From NCBI GenBank assembly GCA_045643965.1, contig JAZRGB010000065.1, positions 1-51,305 on the forward strand: a DNA stretch of 51,305 bases, read 5' to 3'. This document shows positions 30,505-40,887 of the stretch, piece by piece (the first letter of the stretch is position 1; every line of letters starts with the position of its first letter). Source of the stretch: Candidatus Enterousia sp. (GTDB taxonomy: Bacteria; Pseudomonadota; Alphaproteobacteria; Rs-D84). The notes beneath the pieces are model-generated. The model was not told the origin of the DNA and searched no databases. It was given only the letters and a program-made list of their open reading frames with translations. Both the position numbers and the translations under genes were made by a program.

Positions 30505-30903
30505 TTATCTGGTTTTTTCTTGACCAAGCGCAATGCGTATAGAGTTGATGTCATAGATACGTCTTAAATCTTCGACTGATCGATTGTTGACAGAATCCAA
30601 AATAGCATTTCTATACAAATCGGCATCTAAGAGAACAGGTTTATCTGTTGTAGTGCGATATTTTAATGTATCACCCAACGCAATATAATCTTTGAAAAAA
30701 CATTGATTATTCTTTGCGGTCGATCCACTGATATACATACATGCATCAGCCAAACCATCGTTGTTTGAATCTAAATATACATTATATTCATCTTTTTCAA
30801 CAACTTTACCCTGTGCAGGTTGTGTCATTAATGATAATGGTACACAAGATACCATCATACCGGCACTAGATAATGTTAATAATACTTTTTTATAGAATTG
30901 CAT
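30505..30903 (-). CDS. Hypothetical lipoprotein, paralog A2
   Basis: MQFYKKVLLTLSSAGMMVSC lipobox-like; DSNNDG motif; similar to 31485..31865. Confidence 0.75.
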   Translation of the reverse strand: MQFYKKVLLTLSSAGMMVSCVPLSLMTQPAQGKVVEKDEYNVYLDSNNDGLADACMYISGSTAKNNQCFFKDYIALGDTLKYRTTTDKPVLLDADLYRNAILDSVNNRSVEDLRRIYDINSIRIALGQEKTR

Positions 30904-30973
30904 TTTTAATCCTTTTGTTTTGCATTACACATCAAATTATAATACAAAACATAAAATTGTCAAGCCTTGTATC

Positions 30974-31471
30974 TTATTTTGTTTTCTCGTTCAAACTATT
31001 TCTGATTTTCGCAGATTCTAAAATCTGTTCACGTATTTTAGTAAATTCAACTAATGATTTTCCGTTTATTTTACGCACAATATTAAAAGACACCGTATCA
31101 GTATTTGGGCGGATATATGTCAATGTATCACCATTTGCAACATGTGGAAATGCGTGTTTGTCATCAACTGTCATTTTATCATCATATTTAAACGCATTAT
31201 ACAATGATGTATCCTTTAAATTTTGAACAATAATTGAATTAGCCTTACGATCCTTAACAATACCTTGTGTACGTTTGGTTTCTGGTTCTATGACAGTATA
31301 GCATACAAACAAAAACAACAACACACCCAACACAGCAGGGATTGACGAGACTTCATATTTAGTAGGTGTACCTGAACTTTGTGAATCTTTTTGTTGTTTG
31401 ATTTCTTCTAATTTTTTCCCATTATTATCCATAAATTCTTTTGGATCGCCACCTTCATGTAAGACTGCCAT
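30974..31471 (-). CDS. Hypothetical single-TM protein, paralog B2
   Basis: EPET, KDTS.Y.AF..D..MTVD.KHAFP....GDTL shared with 31903..32367. Confidence 0.75.
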   Translation of the reverse strand: MAVLHEGGDPKEFMDNNGKKLEEIKQQKDSQSSGTPTKYEVSSIPAVLGVLLFLFVCYTVIEPETKRTQGIVKDRKANSIIVQNLKDTSLYNAFKYDDKMTVDDKHAFPHVANGDTLTYIRPNTDTVSFNIVRKINGKSLVEFTKIREQILESAKIRNSLNEKTK

Positions 31472-31484
31472 TGATTACTCCTTT

Positions 31485-31865
31485 TTATTTTGTGTTACAC
31501 ATCTGTTTTTCTGTATAAATACGCTTCAAGTCTTCAACTGATTTATTATTCACAGAATCCAATATCACATTTCGTGTTGCGATATCTGCACTTAAATTAA
31601 CCAAGCGCTTGTTTGCTGCACGAAACTTTAATGTATCGCCAATCTGAATATAATCATGAAAATAACATTGGTTATTGTCCTGTTTGCCACCATTAATATA
31701 CAAACAATTATCAACAGCACCATCACCATTTTGGTCCAGATAGTGATATTTTGTTATATTGACAACGCGTGCAGTAACCGGTTTTGTAATATTAGATACG
31801 GGTGCACAAGATGAAATCAATCCCGCACCAGATAAGGTTATTAATACTTTTTTATAAAAATCCAT
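31485..31865 (-). CDS. Hypothetical lipoprotein, paralog A1
   Basis: LISSC lipobox-like; DQNGDG motif; NNQC.F.DYI..GDTLK and ILDSVNN.SVEDL shared with A2. Confidence 0.75.
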   Translation of the reverse strand: MDFYKKVLITLSGAGLISSCAPVSNITKPVTARVVNITKYHYLDQNGDGAVDNCLYINGGKQDNNQCYFHDYIQIGDTLKFRAANKRLVNLSADIATRNVILDSVNNKSVEDLKRIYTEKQMCNTK

Positions 31866-31902
31866 TTTTTATCCCTTGTTATTAATATACCAAAATTAAC
31901 GT

Positions 31903-32367
31903 CTACTTCGTATTTTGGTTTACCGCATTACGCACTTTGGCTGCATTCAGCATTTTTTCACGTTCCGTTGCAAAATCCGCCATATTTTTAGAATTAACTG
32001 TACGCACAGCATTAAATGACGCAGGTGCTTCTTGTGGGCTGACATATTTTAAAGTATCGCCTCTTTTAATCAGCGGGAACGCATGTTTAGAATCAACTGT
32101 CATTGTTTTATCATGTGCAAACGCATAATACATTGATGTATCTTTTATGTCTTGGACATATACAGTGTTTGCATCACGCCATACAACCACACCGTTTGAT
32201 TTTCTGGTTTCTGGTTCAAACACAGAATATGCCAATATTGCACATCCAATCATAATCAAAGTAAACATTACTTTGGCAGCAGCGGCATCGTGTCGCATTG
32301 CATCACGTTTCAACTGATTGTAATCAATCTGTTCTTTATCTAAAAAATCTGTAGTATTCTGAGACAT
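31903..32367 (-). CDS. Hypothetical single-TM protein, paralog B1
   Basis: Similar to 30974..31471. Confidence 0.75.
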   Translation of the reverse strand: MSQNTTDFLDKEQIDYNQLKRDAMRHDAAAAKVMFTLIMIGCAILAYSVFEPETRKSNGVVVWRDANTVYVQDIKDTSMYYAFAHDKTMTVDSKHAFPLIKRGDTLKYVSPQEAPASFNAVRTVNSKNMADFATEREKMLNAAKVRNAVNQNTK

Positions 32368-32392
32368 TTTATCAATCTTTTACTTATACTGT

Positions 32393-33289
32393 TTATTTAC
32401 CAAATTCCAGACCCTGGTCTGTGTAATTTTCTGCCTTATCTTCCCAATCTGGTTCAACACGTACAAACAGGTGCAAGCGTGCATTTACCCCCCACTGATC
32501 TTGTATATCATGACGGGCAGCTGTGCCAATTTGTTTTAATTGTGTACCACCACGGCCAACAACAATCTTTTTATGTCCGTCATTACGAACAGCAATCTTT
32601 TGATATATATCCAATACACCTTCGTCATCAACATCAACACGTTCTGTTACAACGTTAATATGATATGGCAATTCTTGGTGGATATATTTATAAATCTTTT
32701 CACGGGTCAATTCCGCCAGATATAATTCGTCTGGGACATCTGGAGCATCAACTGTATCAAATAAATATGGCGATTCTGGCATAACGTCCGCCAACGATTT
32801 CAGCATTTTTTCAACACCATCGTTTTTCAAGGCGGATACCATAAATATTTCAGACCATGGTGCCATTTGTGAAATTTCAGCCACCATCGGCAACAATTCC
32901 AATTTTGCAATCGCATCAACCTTGTTCAACGCAACAAAGATGTTTTGACGATCTTTAATCTTTTCTGCCAACGCACGGATTGTTTCTGTAATACCCTTGG
33001 TCACATCAACCAACAGCAACACCGCATCAGCATCAGACACCGCGTCCATCGCGGCTGCAACCATCGCCCTGTCTAATCGACGTGAAGGCTTAAAAACCCC
33101 AGGCGTATCAACGAATATTAACTGTTTATCACCCACCATTTTTACCGCACGCAAACGGGTTCGCGTGGTCTGAACCTTGTGCGAAACGATGGAAACCTTT
33201 TGTCCCATTATTTGGTTTAATAATGTACTTTTGCCGGCGTTTGTTGGGCCAATTATCGCCACAAAGCCCGAATATGTTTTGTCTGTCAT
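32393..33289 (-). CDS. era: GTPase Era
   Basis: GPTNAGKS, QTTR, DTPG, NKVD and KH domain; start trimmed to MTDKTYSG. Confidence 0.95.
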   Translation of the reverse strand: MTDKTYSGFVAIIGPTNAGKSTLLNQIMGQKVSIVSHKVQTTRTRLRAVKMVGDKQLIFVDTPGVFKPSRRLDRAMVAAAMDAVSDADAVLLLVDVTKGITETIRALAEKIKDRQNIFVALNKVDAIAKLELLPMVAEISQMAPWSEIFMVSALKNDGVEKMLKSLADVMPESPYLFDTVDAPDVPDELYLAELTREKIYKYIHQELPYHINVVTERVDVDDEGVLDIYQKIAVRNDGHKKIVVGRGGTQLKQIGTAARHDIQDQWGVNARLHLFVRVEPDWEDKAENYTDQGLEFGK

Positions 33290-33387
33290 AAGACAACCAT
33301 AGCACACACATTTCAAAAGTGAACAAAAATCTTGCATATCCGCATGTTTATGCTACAAATAAATTATATGTACAAAGGATATCTAAC

Positions 33388-34110
33388 ATGCAACTGACAG
33401 GCCCTGAAATCTGTAACAGAATGAACGAAAACAAAAATGGTAAACCTGATATTGTTATCAAACCATTTGATATGCGTTGTCTGGGCAGTAACAGTTATGA
33501 TTTACATTTGGACGATACATTGCGTGTGTATATGCATACTATACCACACGGGATGAAACCTGCCATTGAATACAAAGGTAATTTACGTGCACACAAAATG
33601 CGTGACTGGTTCGAAAATTCGTTGGCATATCAACTGTATAAAATCGAACATCATGAATTTGATCTCATGAATCCAAAATATCTGATTGACCCAACAAACC
33701 CAGCACACCACGAAACCATAGATATAAAAATCCCCGAAACAGGTTTAATTTTATCACCGTATATCGGGTATCTGGGGTCAACCGTTGAATACACAGAAAC
33801 AAGAAATTTATTCCCGTACATTGATGGAAAATCCAGTATCGGACGCAACTTTATACTGAATCATCATACTGCTGGTCGTGGCGATGACGGATTCTGCGGA
33901 CAATGGACATTGGAAATCAGAACAATGTATCCAACTGTTGTTTATCCATATATGCGTATCGGGCAAATTTATTACGATGAATTCTTGGGGCAACGTATGC
34001 CATATAACAGAAACGAACGTAGCCATTATAACGGTCAGTTGGGACCAACACCGGCAGCTGTTGTACCTGTGGACACATTCTTAAAAGAATACAAAAATAA
34101 AACAAAATAA
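33388..34110 (+). CDS. dcd: dCTP deaminase with an internal insertion
   Basis: SYDLHL, GKSSIGR, AG..D.GF.GQWTLE, RIGQI and YNGQ; SD AAGGA before ATG 33388. Confidence 0.85.
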   Translation: MQLTGPEICNRMNENKNGKPDIVIKPFDMRCLGSNSYDLHLDDTLRVYMHTIPHGMKPAIEYKGNLRAHKMRDWFENSLAYQLYKIEHHEFDLMNPKYLIDPTNPAHHETIDIKIPETGLILSPYIGYLGSTVEYTETRNLFPYIDGKSSIGRNFILNHHTAGRGDDGFCGQWTLEIRTMYPTVVYPYMRIGQIYYDEFLGQRMPYNRNERSHYNGQLGPTPAAVVPVDTFLKEYKNKTK

Positions 34111-34136
34111 AAAACGCCTCAAAATGAGGCGATTTT
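34109..34136. terminator. Bidirectional terminator
   Basis: CGCCTCA-AAA-TGAGGCG with A/T tails between convergent genes. Confidence 0.75.
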
Positions 34137-34785
34137 ATTTATGAAAATACGGATTATTTTTATGCAACCAATCAATTGTTGTTGCCATGCCGTGACCATG
34201 AACCACTTCTGTATCATCTGACAAATTCAGGTTATACAGATTGTTGATTGATTTAAATAGCATATTCTGGTCACCACCAGGTAAATCATAACGACCAATG
34301 GATTCTTGGAATAATGTATCACCAATTATGATTACTTTTTCATCTGGGAAATAATATGCAACGCCCCCCGGTGTATGTCCAGGTGTTTCAATAACACACA
34401 TATTTAAATTTGGTAAAATTTCAGATTCTGATAATTCCAAAGATGTTGGGCGTGTATCATTAATTGTAATTTGTGGCAAACCAAAATAAGACAACAAATC
34501 ATTTCCCCAGCCAACCAATCTGAAATCAGCATTATGCAAATACCATGGCACATTGTATTTTTCAGCCAATTTTGGTGCTGCAGATATATGGTCCGGATGA
34601 CCATGTGTCACATAAATTGCACGCAACGTCAATCCACGTTCGGCCAAGACATGTTCCCAATCGTCTGCCAATCCCCATGGATCAAAAACAACACAATCGC
34701 CCCCAGATTTCACAATCACAGATTGTGTGTTTTTTGGGGGCATTTGAATTAATTCAAACTTATTATTTTTTAGTTTTTGTTGCAT
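34135..34785 (-). CDS. MBL-fold metallo-hydrolase (glyoxalase II/YcbL-like); start uncertain
   Basis: THGHPDH, TPGHTPG, GDTLF..SIGR.DLPGG and HGHG motifs. Confidence 0.88.
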   Translation of the reverse strand: MQQKLKNNKFELIQMPPKNTQSVIVKSGGDCVVFDPWGLADDWEHVLAERGLTLRAIYVTHGHPDHISAAPKLAEKYNVPWYLHNADFRLVGWGNDLLSYFGLPQITINDTRPTSLELSESEILPNLNMCVIETPGHTPGGVAYYFPDEKVIIIGDTLFQESIGRYDLPGGDQNMLFKSINNLYNLNLSDDTEVVHGHGMATTIDWLHKNNPYFHK

Positions 34786-36676
34786 TTTTGCGTTTAACTG
34801 TTTTTTGTTGTTTTGTTTTTGCTGGCTTTTTTTTACCGAATACAATTTCACGAATTTCTTCGCCTGTTAATGTTTCGCGTTCCAGCAATGCGTTTGCCAA
34901 CTTTTCAACAGTCTTTTTATTTTTAGACAAATGCTTTGTCGCATCATTGTGTGCAGCATCCAACCATGCCTTGATTTCACTGTCAACCAGTTCTGCAGTC
35001 TTTTCAGATGCATTTTCCAATGCACCACGAACACCAAATGTGCCGACTTGATTAATCGCCGCCAAACCAACACGTTTGGACAAGCCCGCCGTTGTAATTG
35101 AATAGCGTGCCATTCTGGTTGCAGCAGCGATATCGCTTTCTGCACCTGTTGTAATTTTATTCGCACCAAAGAACAATTCTTCGGCACAACGACCAGCCAA
35201 GTAAATAGACAGGTTTGCACGGACTTCGTCCAATGTCATAGAAACCTTGTCATCAATCGGCAAATGCTGAACCATACCCAATGCACGACCACGTGGGATA
35301 ATTGTCGCCTTGTGTATTGGATCTGTGATATCTGCATACATCAGACTTACAAACGCATGCCCTGCTTCGTGATATGCAGTCAGTTTAATATCTTCGGGAC
35401 GCATTTTGCGGATTTTACGTGGCCCCATAATGATTTTATCGCGTGCTTCTTCGACATCGTCTGGGGTAATTTCACTGCGTCCATTACGCACAGCATGTAA
35501 CGCCGCCTCATTTAACAGATTTTCCAAATCTGCACCAGAAAAACCTGTTGTGCCACGTGCAATATCTTGCAGGTTTACATCACTGTTAATTTTTACTTTT
35601 TTTGCATATAAATCCAAGATTTCACGGCGACCAGCCATATCAGGCAATTCAATATAAACCTGACGATCAAAACGACCCGGACGCAACAGTGCATTATCCA
35701 ACATATCAGCACGATTTGTCGCACCAATTACAATAATACCTGTATCATTTGCAAAACCATCCATTTCTATCAGCAACTGATTTAATGTTTGTTCACGGTC
35801 TTGATCGTTATATGAATGTGTTGAACGTTTTTGACCAATCGCATCAATTTCATCAATGAATAAGATACATGGTGCATTACGTTTTGCCATTTCAAAGATT
35901 TCTTTTATCTTTGCCACACCCAGTCCAACGATAATACCTGAAAAATCGGAACCAGACGCCGCAAAAAACGGTACGTTTGCTTCACCTGCGATGGCACGTG
36001 CCAACAGTGTTTTACCAGTACCAGGTTGACCCGACAACAAAACCCCACGTGGAACACGGGCACCCAGACTTTTATATTTATCTTTGTTTTTCAAGAAATC
36101 AACAATTTCTGCCAATTCTTGCTTTTCTGAATCAATACCAGCAACATCTTTGAATGTTGTTTTTGGTTTGCCTGTGGCAATTTTTGTCGGATTTTGACCA
36201 ACCAAACTGCGACTGATTCCAGCCGGACCACCACGACGAAATCCACGCAAAATCCAAACAATAAACAATAATGTCAACAACAGTGGTGCAAATGATACAA
36301 CGCCTTCGAAAAATGTTTTAGATGTATCAATCGTGATTGCAGTGCCAGATTCTGCCAGTTTTGCCAACATTTCTGGATCATACGTAATGGTTGCATTATA
36401 TTTTGTGCCATCAGTTAATACACCACTGGCATAATCGCCACGAATTTCCATTGTTTTTATGTCGTCTGCACGTCTGATAACATCTGAAAAAGATAATTCA
36501 ATCGGACGCGATACAGTTGGTATTGTATTCGAAGCCCCCTGCATATTATTCATCATGAACATACGTGCCCCAACAGCAAGCAACAGCACAAAAAACATCG
36601 CCAAATACATAGACGCACGATCACGCTGTTTTGATTTAATTTGATTTGGATTTTTTAAGTCTTTTAATTTTTTCAT
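34763..36676 (-). CDS. ftsH: ATP-dependent zinc metalloprotease FtsH
   Basis: Two TMs, GQPGTGKT, DEIDA, RPGRFDR, HEAGH; SD AGGA before ATG 36676. Confidence 0.96.
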   Translation of the reverse strand: MKKLKDLKNPNQIKSKQRDRASMYLAMFFVLLLAVGARMFMMNNMQGASNTIPTVSRPIELSFSDVIRRADDIKTMEIRGDYASGVLTDGTKYNATITYDPEMLAKLAESGTAITIDTSKTFFEGVVSFAPLLLTLLFIVWILRGFRRGGPAGISRSLVGQNPTKIATGKPKTTFKDVAGIDSEKQELAEIVDFLKNKDKYKSLGARVPRGVLLSGQPGTGKTLLARAIAGEANVPFFAASGSDFSGIIVGLGVAKIKEIFEMAKRNAPCILFIDEIDAIGQKRSTHSYNDQDREQTLNQLLIEMDGFANDTGIIVIGATNRADMLDNALLRPGRFDRQVYIELPDMAGRREILDLYAKKVKINSDVNLQDIARGTTGFSGADLENLLNEAALHAVRNGRSEITPDDVEEARDKIIMGPRKIRKMRPEDIKLTAYHEAGHAFVSLMYADITDPIHKATIIPRGRALGMVQHLPIDDKVSMTLDEVRANLSIYLAGRCAEELFFGANKITTGAESDIAAATRMARYSITTAGLSKRVGLAAINQVGTFGVRGALENASEKTAELVDSEIKAWLDAAHNDATKHLSKNKKTVEKLANALLERETLTGEEIREIVFGKKKPAKTKQQKTVKRKNATKTKK

Positions 36677-37628
36677 TTTTCTTCCTGATACTTGTTTTTG
36701 CACCTTCGGGAACAATCAGAATCTGATTCTTGAAACGTCGTAACGTACAATGCCCCAAAGTAAATTTACAATCTGACTTTAACTTACTTAGTGCAAAGAC
36801 CAACGAATTCAAGCGTGGCTGATAATTATTCCCCCCGATTGTTTGAATTAATACACCGATAAACTTTAAACTAATATCGGGTGGCAGGTCAAATAGAAAA
36901 GAATCAGAAAATAAAGCATAATCATCATATAAAACAGATTGAACCAATGAATCAATATTGCTGTCCAACGCATCACGGGCACGCGACAAATTTTCAATTG
37001 CTAATAATATGCGGCTGTCGCTGATTCCCAATTTGTCTGACATAAGATGTCTGTTCTTGCGGATTTTTACACGCGTATAACTTTCATCTTCGTTCATTTC
37101 GTCATCAAAATATTTAATATCGTTTTCATCACAATATTTTATTAATTCACTGCGAAAGATGCCCAATAACGGCCGAACAATTTTAACACCATTGCGATAT
37201 GATTCTGGCTGCATCGCAGACAGACCAGATACACCGCTGCCCCGCGACAAATTCATTAAAAATGTTTCAATTTGATCATCTGCCTGATGGGCAATCATTA
37301 ATGCATCTATGTTATTTTCCAAACACCAGTCTGTCATAAATTTATAGCGTGCGTCACGGGCGGCCGCCTCTAACCCCGTGGTGGGCTTATCATCCGTCCA
37401 ATAAAAAACCTGATATGGAATTTGTAATTTTTTACACAAATCAACAACATATTGAGTTTCCGTATCCGCAGCATCACGCAGTCCATGATTAACATGCAGT
37501 GCGGTCACATTTAAACCAATTTTTACCGCCCAATGCAATAAACATACAGAATCCACCCCACCGCTGACCGCAACAGCCAAGCGTTTTCCAGAATATTTTT
37601 GTGCAAAATCTAAAAACTTTTCATTCAT
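36636..37628 (-). CDS. tilS: tRNA(Ile)-lysidine synthetase
   Basis: SGGVDS PP-loop, HGLR, AARDARY, HQADDQIET; upstream of ftsH. Confidence 0.95.
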   Translation of the reverse strand: MNEKFLDFAQKYSGKRLAVAVSGGVDSVCLLHWAVKIGLNVTALHVNHGLRDAADTETQYVVDLCKKLQIPYQVFYWTDDKPTTGLEAAARDARYKFMTDWCLENNIDALMIAHQADDQIETFLMNLSRGSGVSGLSAMQPESYRNGVKIVRPLLGIFRSELIKYCDENDIKYFDDEMNEDESYTRVKIRKNRHLMSDKLGISDSRILLAIENLSRARDALDSNIDSLVQSVLYDDYALFSDSFLFDLPPDISLKFIGVLIQTIGGNNYQPRLNSLVFALSKLKSDCKFTLGHCTLRRFKNQILIVPEGAKTSIRKKNEKIKRLKKSKSN

Positions 37629-37675
37629 TGATGCATTATTTTATGCTATAATTTGCAAAAATAAAGGAAAAATAA

Positions 37676-38227
37676 ATGGCAAAAAAATTAAAATCTGTTG
37701 CTGTGTATTGTGGACATCAGTTTGGTACAGACCCACAATTCGCACAGGACGCATATGCAATCGGTGAAATGTTGGCAAAAAATGGTATTCGCATGGTATT
37801 TGGTGGTGGAAATGTCGGTCTGATGGGGACAGTCGCCAATGGTGCATTGGATAATGGCGGTGTGGTCAAAGGCGTATCCACAGATGACGTTATTGCATTA
37901 CAGGAACCTGCCCACGACGGTGCAGATATGCAGGTTGTTGACGGTGTAAATAAACGTAAACAAATTATGTTTGAAATGTCTGATGCGTTTATTATTCTGC
38001 CAGGCGGTATTGGAACATTGAATGAATTGTCAGATATTATGACAATGCAACAAATTGGCGAAACAAATAAACCTTTGTTCTTTTTGAATACAAATCATTT
38101 CTGGGAACCACTGGGTGAATTGATTAAACACATGATGGACAATGGATTTGTAGTTAAAACTGATAACTATAATTTTTATACTGCAAATACTGTTTCAGAA
38201 TTAACAGAACAAATTTTAAACTATTAA
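37676..38227 (+). CDS. LOG-family (TIGR00730) nucleotide phosphoribohydrolase
   Basis: GGGNVGLMG and PGGIGTLNE motifs. Confidence 0.9.
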   Translation: MAKKLKSVAVYCGHQFGTDPQFAQDAYAIGEMLAKNGIRMVFGGGNVGLMGTVANGALDNGGVVKGVSTDDVIALQEPAHDGADMQVVDGVNKRKQIMFEMSDAFIILPGGIGTLNELSDIMTMQQIGETNKPLFFLNTNHFWEPLGELIKHMMDNGFVVKTDNYNFYTANTVSELTEQILNY

Positions 38228-38439
38228 AATTCAAAAATCTTGTCACGGGATGTGGCACCACGAACAAGTTTAATGCTGGTCTTTGGAATATTATAATATT
38301 CCGCCAGCATTTTTATTACGTCTGCGGTTGCCTTGCCATCTGTTGGGGCAGTCGTTGTATGCACACGCACAACGCCATCGGGTTGAACTTCTATCCGATT
38401 TATTTTTGCACGCGGAATAACACGAACTGTTATTTTCAT
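38224..38439 (-). CDS. DUF167/YggU-family protein
   Basis: VRVIPRA, APTDGKA and GATSRDK motifs. Confidence 0.85.
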   Translation of the reverse strand: MKITVRVIPRAKINRIEVQPDGVVRVHTTTAPTDGKATADVIKMLAEYYNIPKTSIKLVRGATSRDKIFEF

Positions 38440-38442
38440 TGA

Positions 38443-38817
38443 TTACAGCCCTGAAACAAATGATTGATATTCTGGACGTTTTGCACCAGAAACCAAATGC
38501 AAATGAAAATGAAATACAGATTGCTTGATAAAAGGTGCATTTGCCCCTGCATTTGCCAAACAATTAAATTCGCATTTTATCCCCAACGCATCCGCAGTCT
38601 GGACAAAACAAGTCCACAAACCTGTCTGTTCATCTGGACTGGCATTTTTTGCAAAGTCCAAAATGTTTTCATATGGTCCCTTTGGTACGACTAAAACATG
38701 ATTTTCAAAAATCGGGTTTACATCATAAAAAGACATTGCGTATTCGTTTTCAAAGACGCGGTCGCATGGTATTTCACCACGGATTATTTTTGCAAAAACA
38801 TTATTTTTATCGTACAT
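38443..38817 (-). CDS. HIT-family nucleotide-binding protein
   Basis: NVFAKIIRGEIPC, HVLVVPK and QSVFHFHLH histidine triad. Confidence 0.92.
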   Translation of the reverse strand: MYDKNNVFAKIIRGEIPCDRVFENEYAMSFYDVNPIFENHVLVVPKGPYENILDFAKNASPDEQTGLWTCFVQTADALGIKCEFNCLANAGANAPFIKQSVFHFHLHLVSGAKRPEYQSFVSGL

Positions 38818-38863
38818 ATTTTTATTCCCCTTGTATTTATGTCACAGCATATTAAAATATGGA

Positions 38864-38892
38864 CTTGAAATCAATCTTTTTTAGACTATATC
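38864..38892 (+). promoter_or_regulatory. Possible RpoH-type heat-shock promoter of groESL
   Basis: CTTGAA-N15-ACTATAT resembles the alphaproteobacterial sigma32 consensus; no CIRCE seen. Confidence 0.4.
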
Positions 38893-38925
38893 AAAGGCAT
38901 AGGTTTCAAATTCAAGGAGATGTAT

Positions 38926-39213
38926 ATGTTTAAACCTTTACACAATTATGTTCTGCTGGAAAGAATCGAAGAAGAAAATATCACAGCAGGCGGAATTATT
39001 ATCCCTGATAACGCCAAGGAAAAACCATCACGCGGACGTGTTATTGCAACTGGCAACGGCACATACAGCGGCGATGATTTAATCCCAATGTCTGTTAAGG
39101 CTGGCGATGTTGTACTGTTCGCAAAATGGGCTGCATCTGCCAACGAAGTTAAAATCGATGGACACGATTATGTATTAATCAAAGAAACAGATATATTGGG
39201 AATCTTGGAATAA
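38926..39213 (+). CDS. groES: Co-chaperonin GroES
   Basis: [20 protein letters not shown]; SD AAGGAG before ATG 38926. Confidence 0.96.
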   Translation: MFKPLHNYVLLERIEEENITAGGIIIPDNAKEKPSRGRVIATGNGTYSGDDLIPMSVKAGDVVLFAKWAASANEVKIDGHDYVLIKETDILGILE

Positions 39214-39229
39214 TAAAAGGAATAAAAAA

Positions 39230-40849
39230 ATGGCAAAAGATATTATTTTTGACACAGAAAAAATGGCAGCCGGTGTCGATAAACTGGCAAACGCTGTAAA
39301 AATCACTATGGGACCAAAGGGACGCACTGTTGTTATTGAAAAATCATACGGTGCACCGGTTGCAACAAAAGACGGTGTTACCGTCGCCAAGGCAGTATCA
39401 TTAAAAGATCCACAAGAAAATATTGGTGCACGCATGGTTCAAGAAGTTGCAAAAAAAGCCGGCGACGATGCAGGTGACGGAACAACAACTGCAACTGTAT
39501 TGGCACAAAAATTAATCCGCGAAGGTCGTCGTGTTATCGCAGCAGGTATGAATCCAATGGATGTAAAACGTGGTATCGACATGGCAACTGCGGCTGTAAT
39601 TGCTGATATCGATGCACATGCACGCCCAGTCAAAGACAGCAGTGAAATTGCACAGGTCGCAACAATTTCTGCAAATTCTGATGCAGATATTGGCGAAAAA
39701 ATCGCAAACGCAATGGAACGCGTCGGCAAAGAAGGTGTTATCACTGTCGAAGAAGCCAAGGGACTGGATACAGAAATTGACGTTGTCGAAGGCATGCAAT
39801 TCGACCAAGGATTTATGTCACCATATTTTGTTACAAACAGCGAAAAAATGTTGGCTGAATTGGATGGTGCCCAAGTTTTAGTTTCTGAAAAGAAAATCAC
39901 AGGCCTGCAGGCATTATTGCCTATTCTGGAACCAATCGCACAATCTGGCAAACCATTGTTGATTATTGCCGAAGACGTCGAATCCGAAGCGTTGGCAACA
40001 CTGGTATTAAACCGTCTGCGTGGCGGATTAAAAGTATGTGCAGTAAAAGCACCAGGATTTGGTGACAGACGTAAAGAAATGTTAAAAGATATTGCAATCG
40101 TTACAGGTGCAACTGTTATTTCTGATGATATGGGGATGACATTTGAAAATATCAGCCCGATGGTCTTGGGAACAGCAAAGAAAGTTGTCGTATCCAAAGA
40201 TTCAACCTTGTTGGCACATGGTGGCGGCGACAAGGCAGCAATCGATGCACGTGCCGACGAAATTCGTATGGCAATATCTGCATCAACCAGTGATTATGAC
40301 CGCGAAAAACTGTCTGAAAGATTAGCAAAGTTGGTTGGTGGGGTTGCTGTTATCAAAGTTGGTGGTATGACAGAAATCGAAGTAAAAGAAAAGAAAGACC
40401 GTGTTGACGATGCACTGGCTGCAACCCGTGCTGCAGTTGCCGAAGGTATTGTTGCAGGTGGCGGTATCGCACTGGTACGTGCAGTTAATGCATTGAAAAA
40501 CCTGAACGGTGCAAACACAGATCAAAACGTCGGTATCGATATCGTACGTCGTGCAATTATCGCACCATGTGCACAAATTGCAGAAAACGCAGGTATGTCC
40601 GGCGAAATCGTTGTTGGCAAAGTTATGGAATCAGCAGATTATAATTTTGGTTATAACGCACAAACAAGCGAATACGTTGACATGATGGCAGCAGGTATTA
40701 TTGACCCTGCCAAAGTTGTTAAAACTGCAATATCTGCAGCAGCAAGCACCGCAGGTGTAATGTTAACAACTGGTGCTGTTATGACAGAAATTCCCGAAGA
40801 AAAACCAAACACCCCACAAATGGGTGGTGGTATGCCAGGAATGATGTAA
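39230..40849 (+). CDS. groEL: Chaperonin GroEL
   Basis: [21 protein letters not shown] and GGM tail. Confidence 0.98.
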   Translation: MAKDIIFDTEKMAAGVDKLANAVKITMGPKGRTVVIEKSYGAPVATKDGVTVAKAVSLKDPQENIGARMVQEVAKKAGDDAGDGTTTATVLAQKLIREGRRVIAAGMNPMDVKRGIDMATAAVIADIDAHARPVKDSSEIAQVATISANSDADIGEKIANAMERVGKEGVITVEEAKGLDTEIDVVEGMQFDQGFMSPYFVTNSEKMLAELDGAQVLVSEKKITGLQALLPILEPIAQSGKPLLIIAEDVESEALATLVLNRLRGGLKVCAVKAPGFGDRRKEMLKDIAIVTGATVISDDMGMTFENISPMVLGTAKKVVVSKDSTLLAHGGGDKAAIDARADEIRMAISASTSDYDREKLSERLAKLVGGVAVIKVGGMTEIEVKEKKDRVDDALAATRAAVAEGIVAGGGIALVRAVNALKNLNGANTDQNVGIDIVRRAIIAPCAQIAENAGMSGEIVVGKVMESADYNFGYNAQTSEYVDMMAAGIIDPAKVVKTAISAAASTAGVMLTTGAVMTEIPEEKPNTPQMGGGMPGMM

Positions 40850-40851
40850 AC

Positions 40852-40882
40852 AAAAAAAATCCCCCAAACGGGGGATTTTTTT
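40852..40882. terminator. Bidirectional terminator (ATCCCCC family)
   Basis: ATCCCCC-AAAC-GGGGGAT with A/T tracts. Confidence 0.85.
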
Positions 40883-40887
40883 ATTTC

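Noticed and set aside
38820-38925. CIRCE element before groESL
   Set aside because: No TTAGCACTC-N9-GAGTGCTAA inverted repeat is present.
39439-40233. Long antisense ORFs opposite groEL (also opposite dacA, holB, rnj, tgt)
   Set aside because: Shadow frames arising from codon bias of the real genes; no SD or recognisable motifs.
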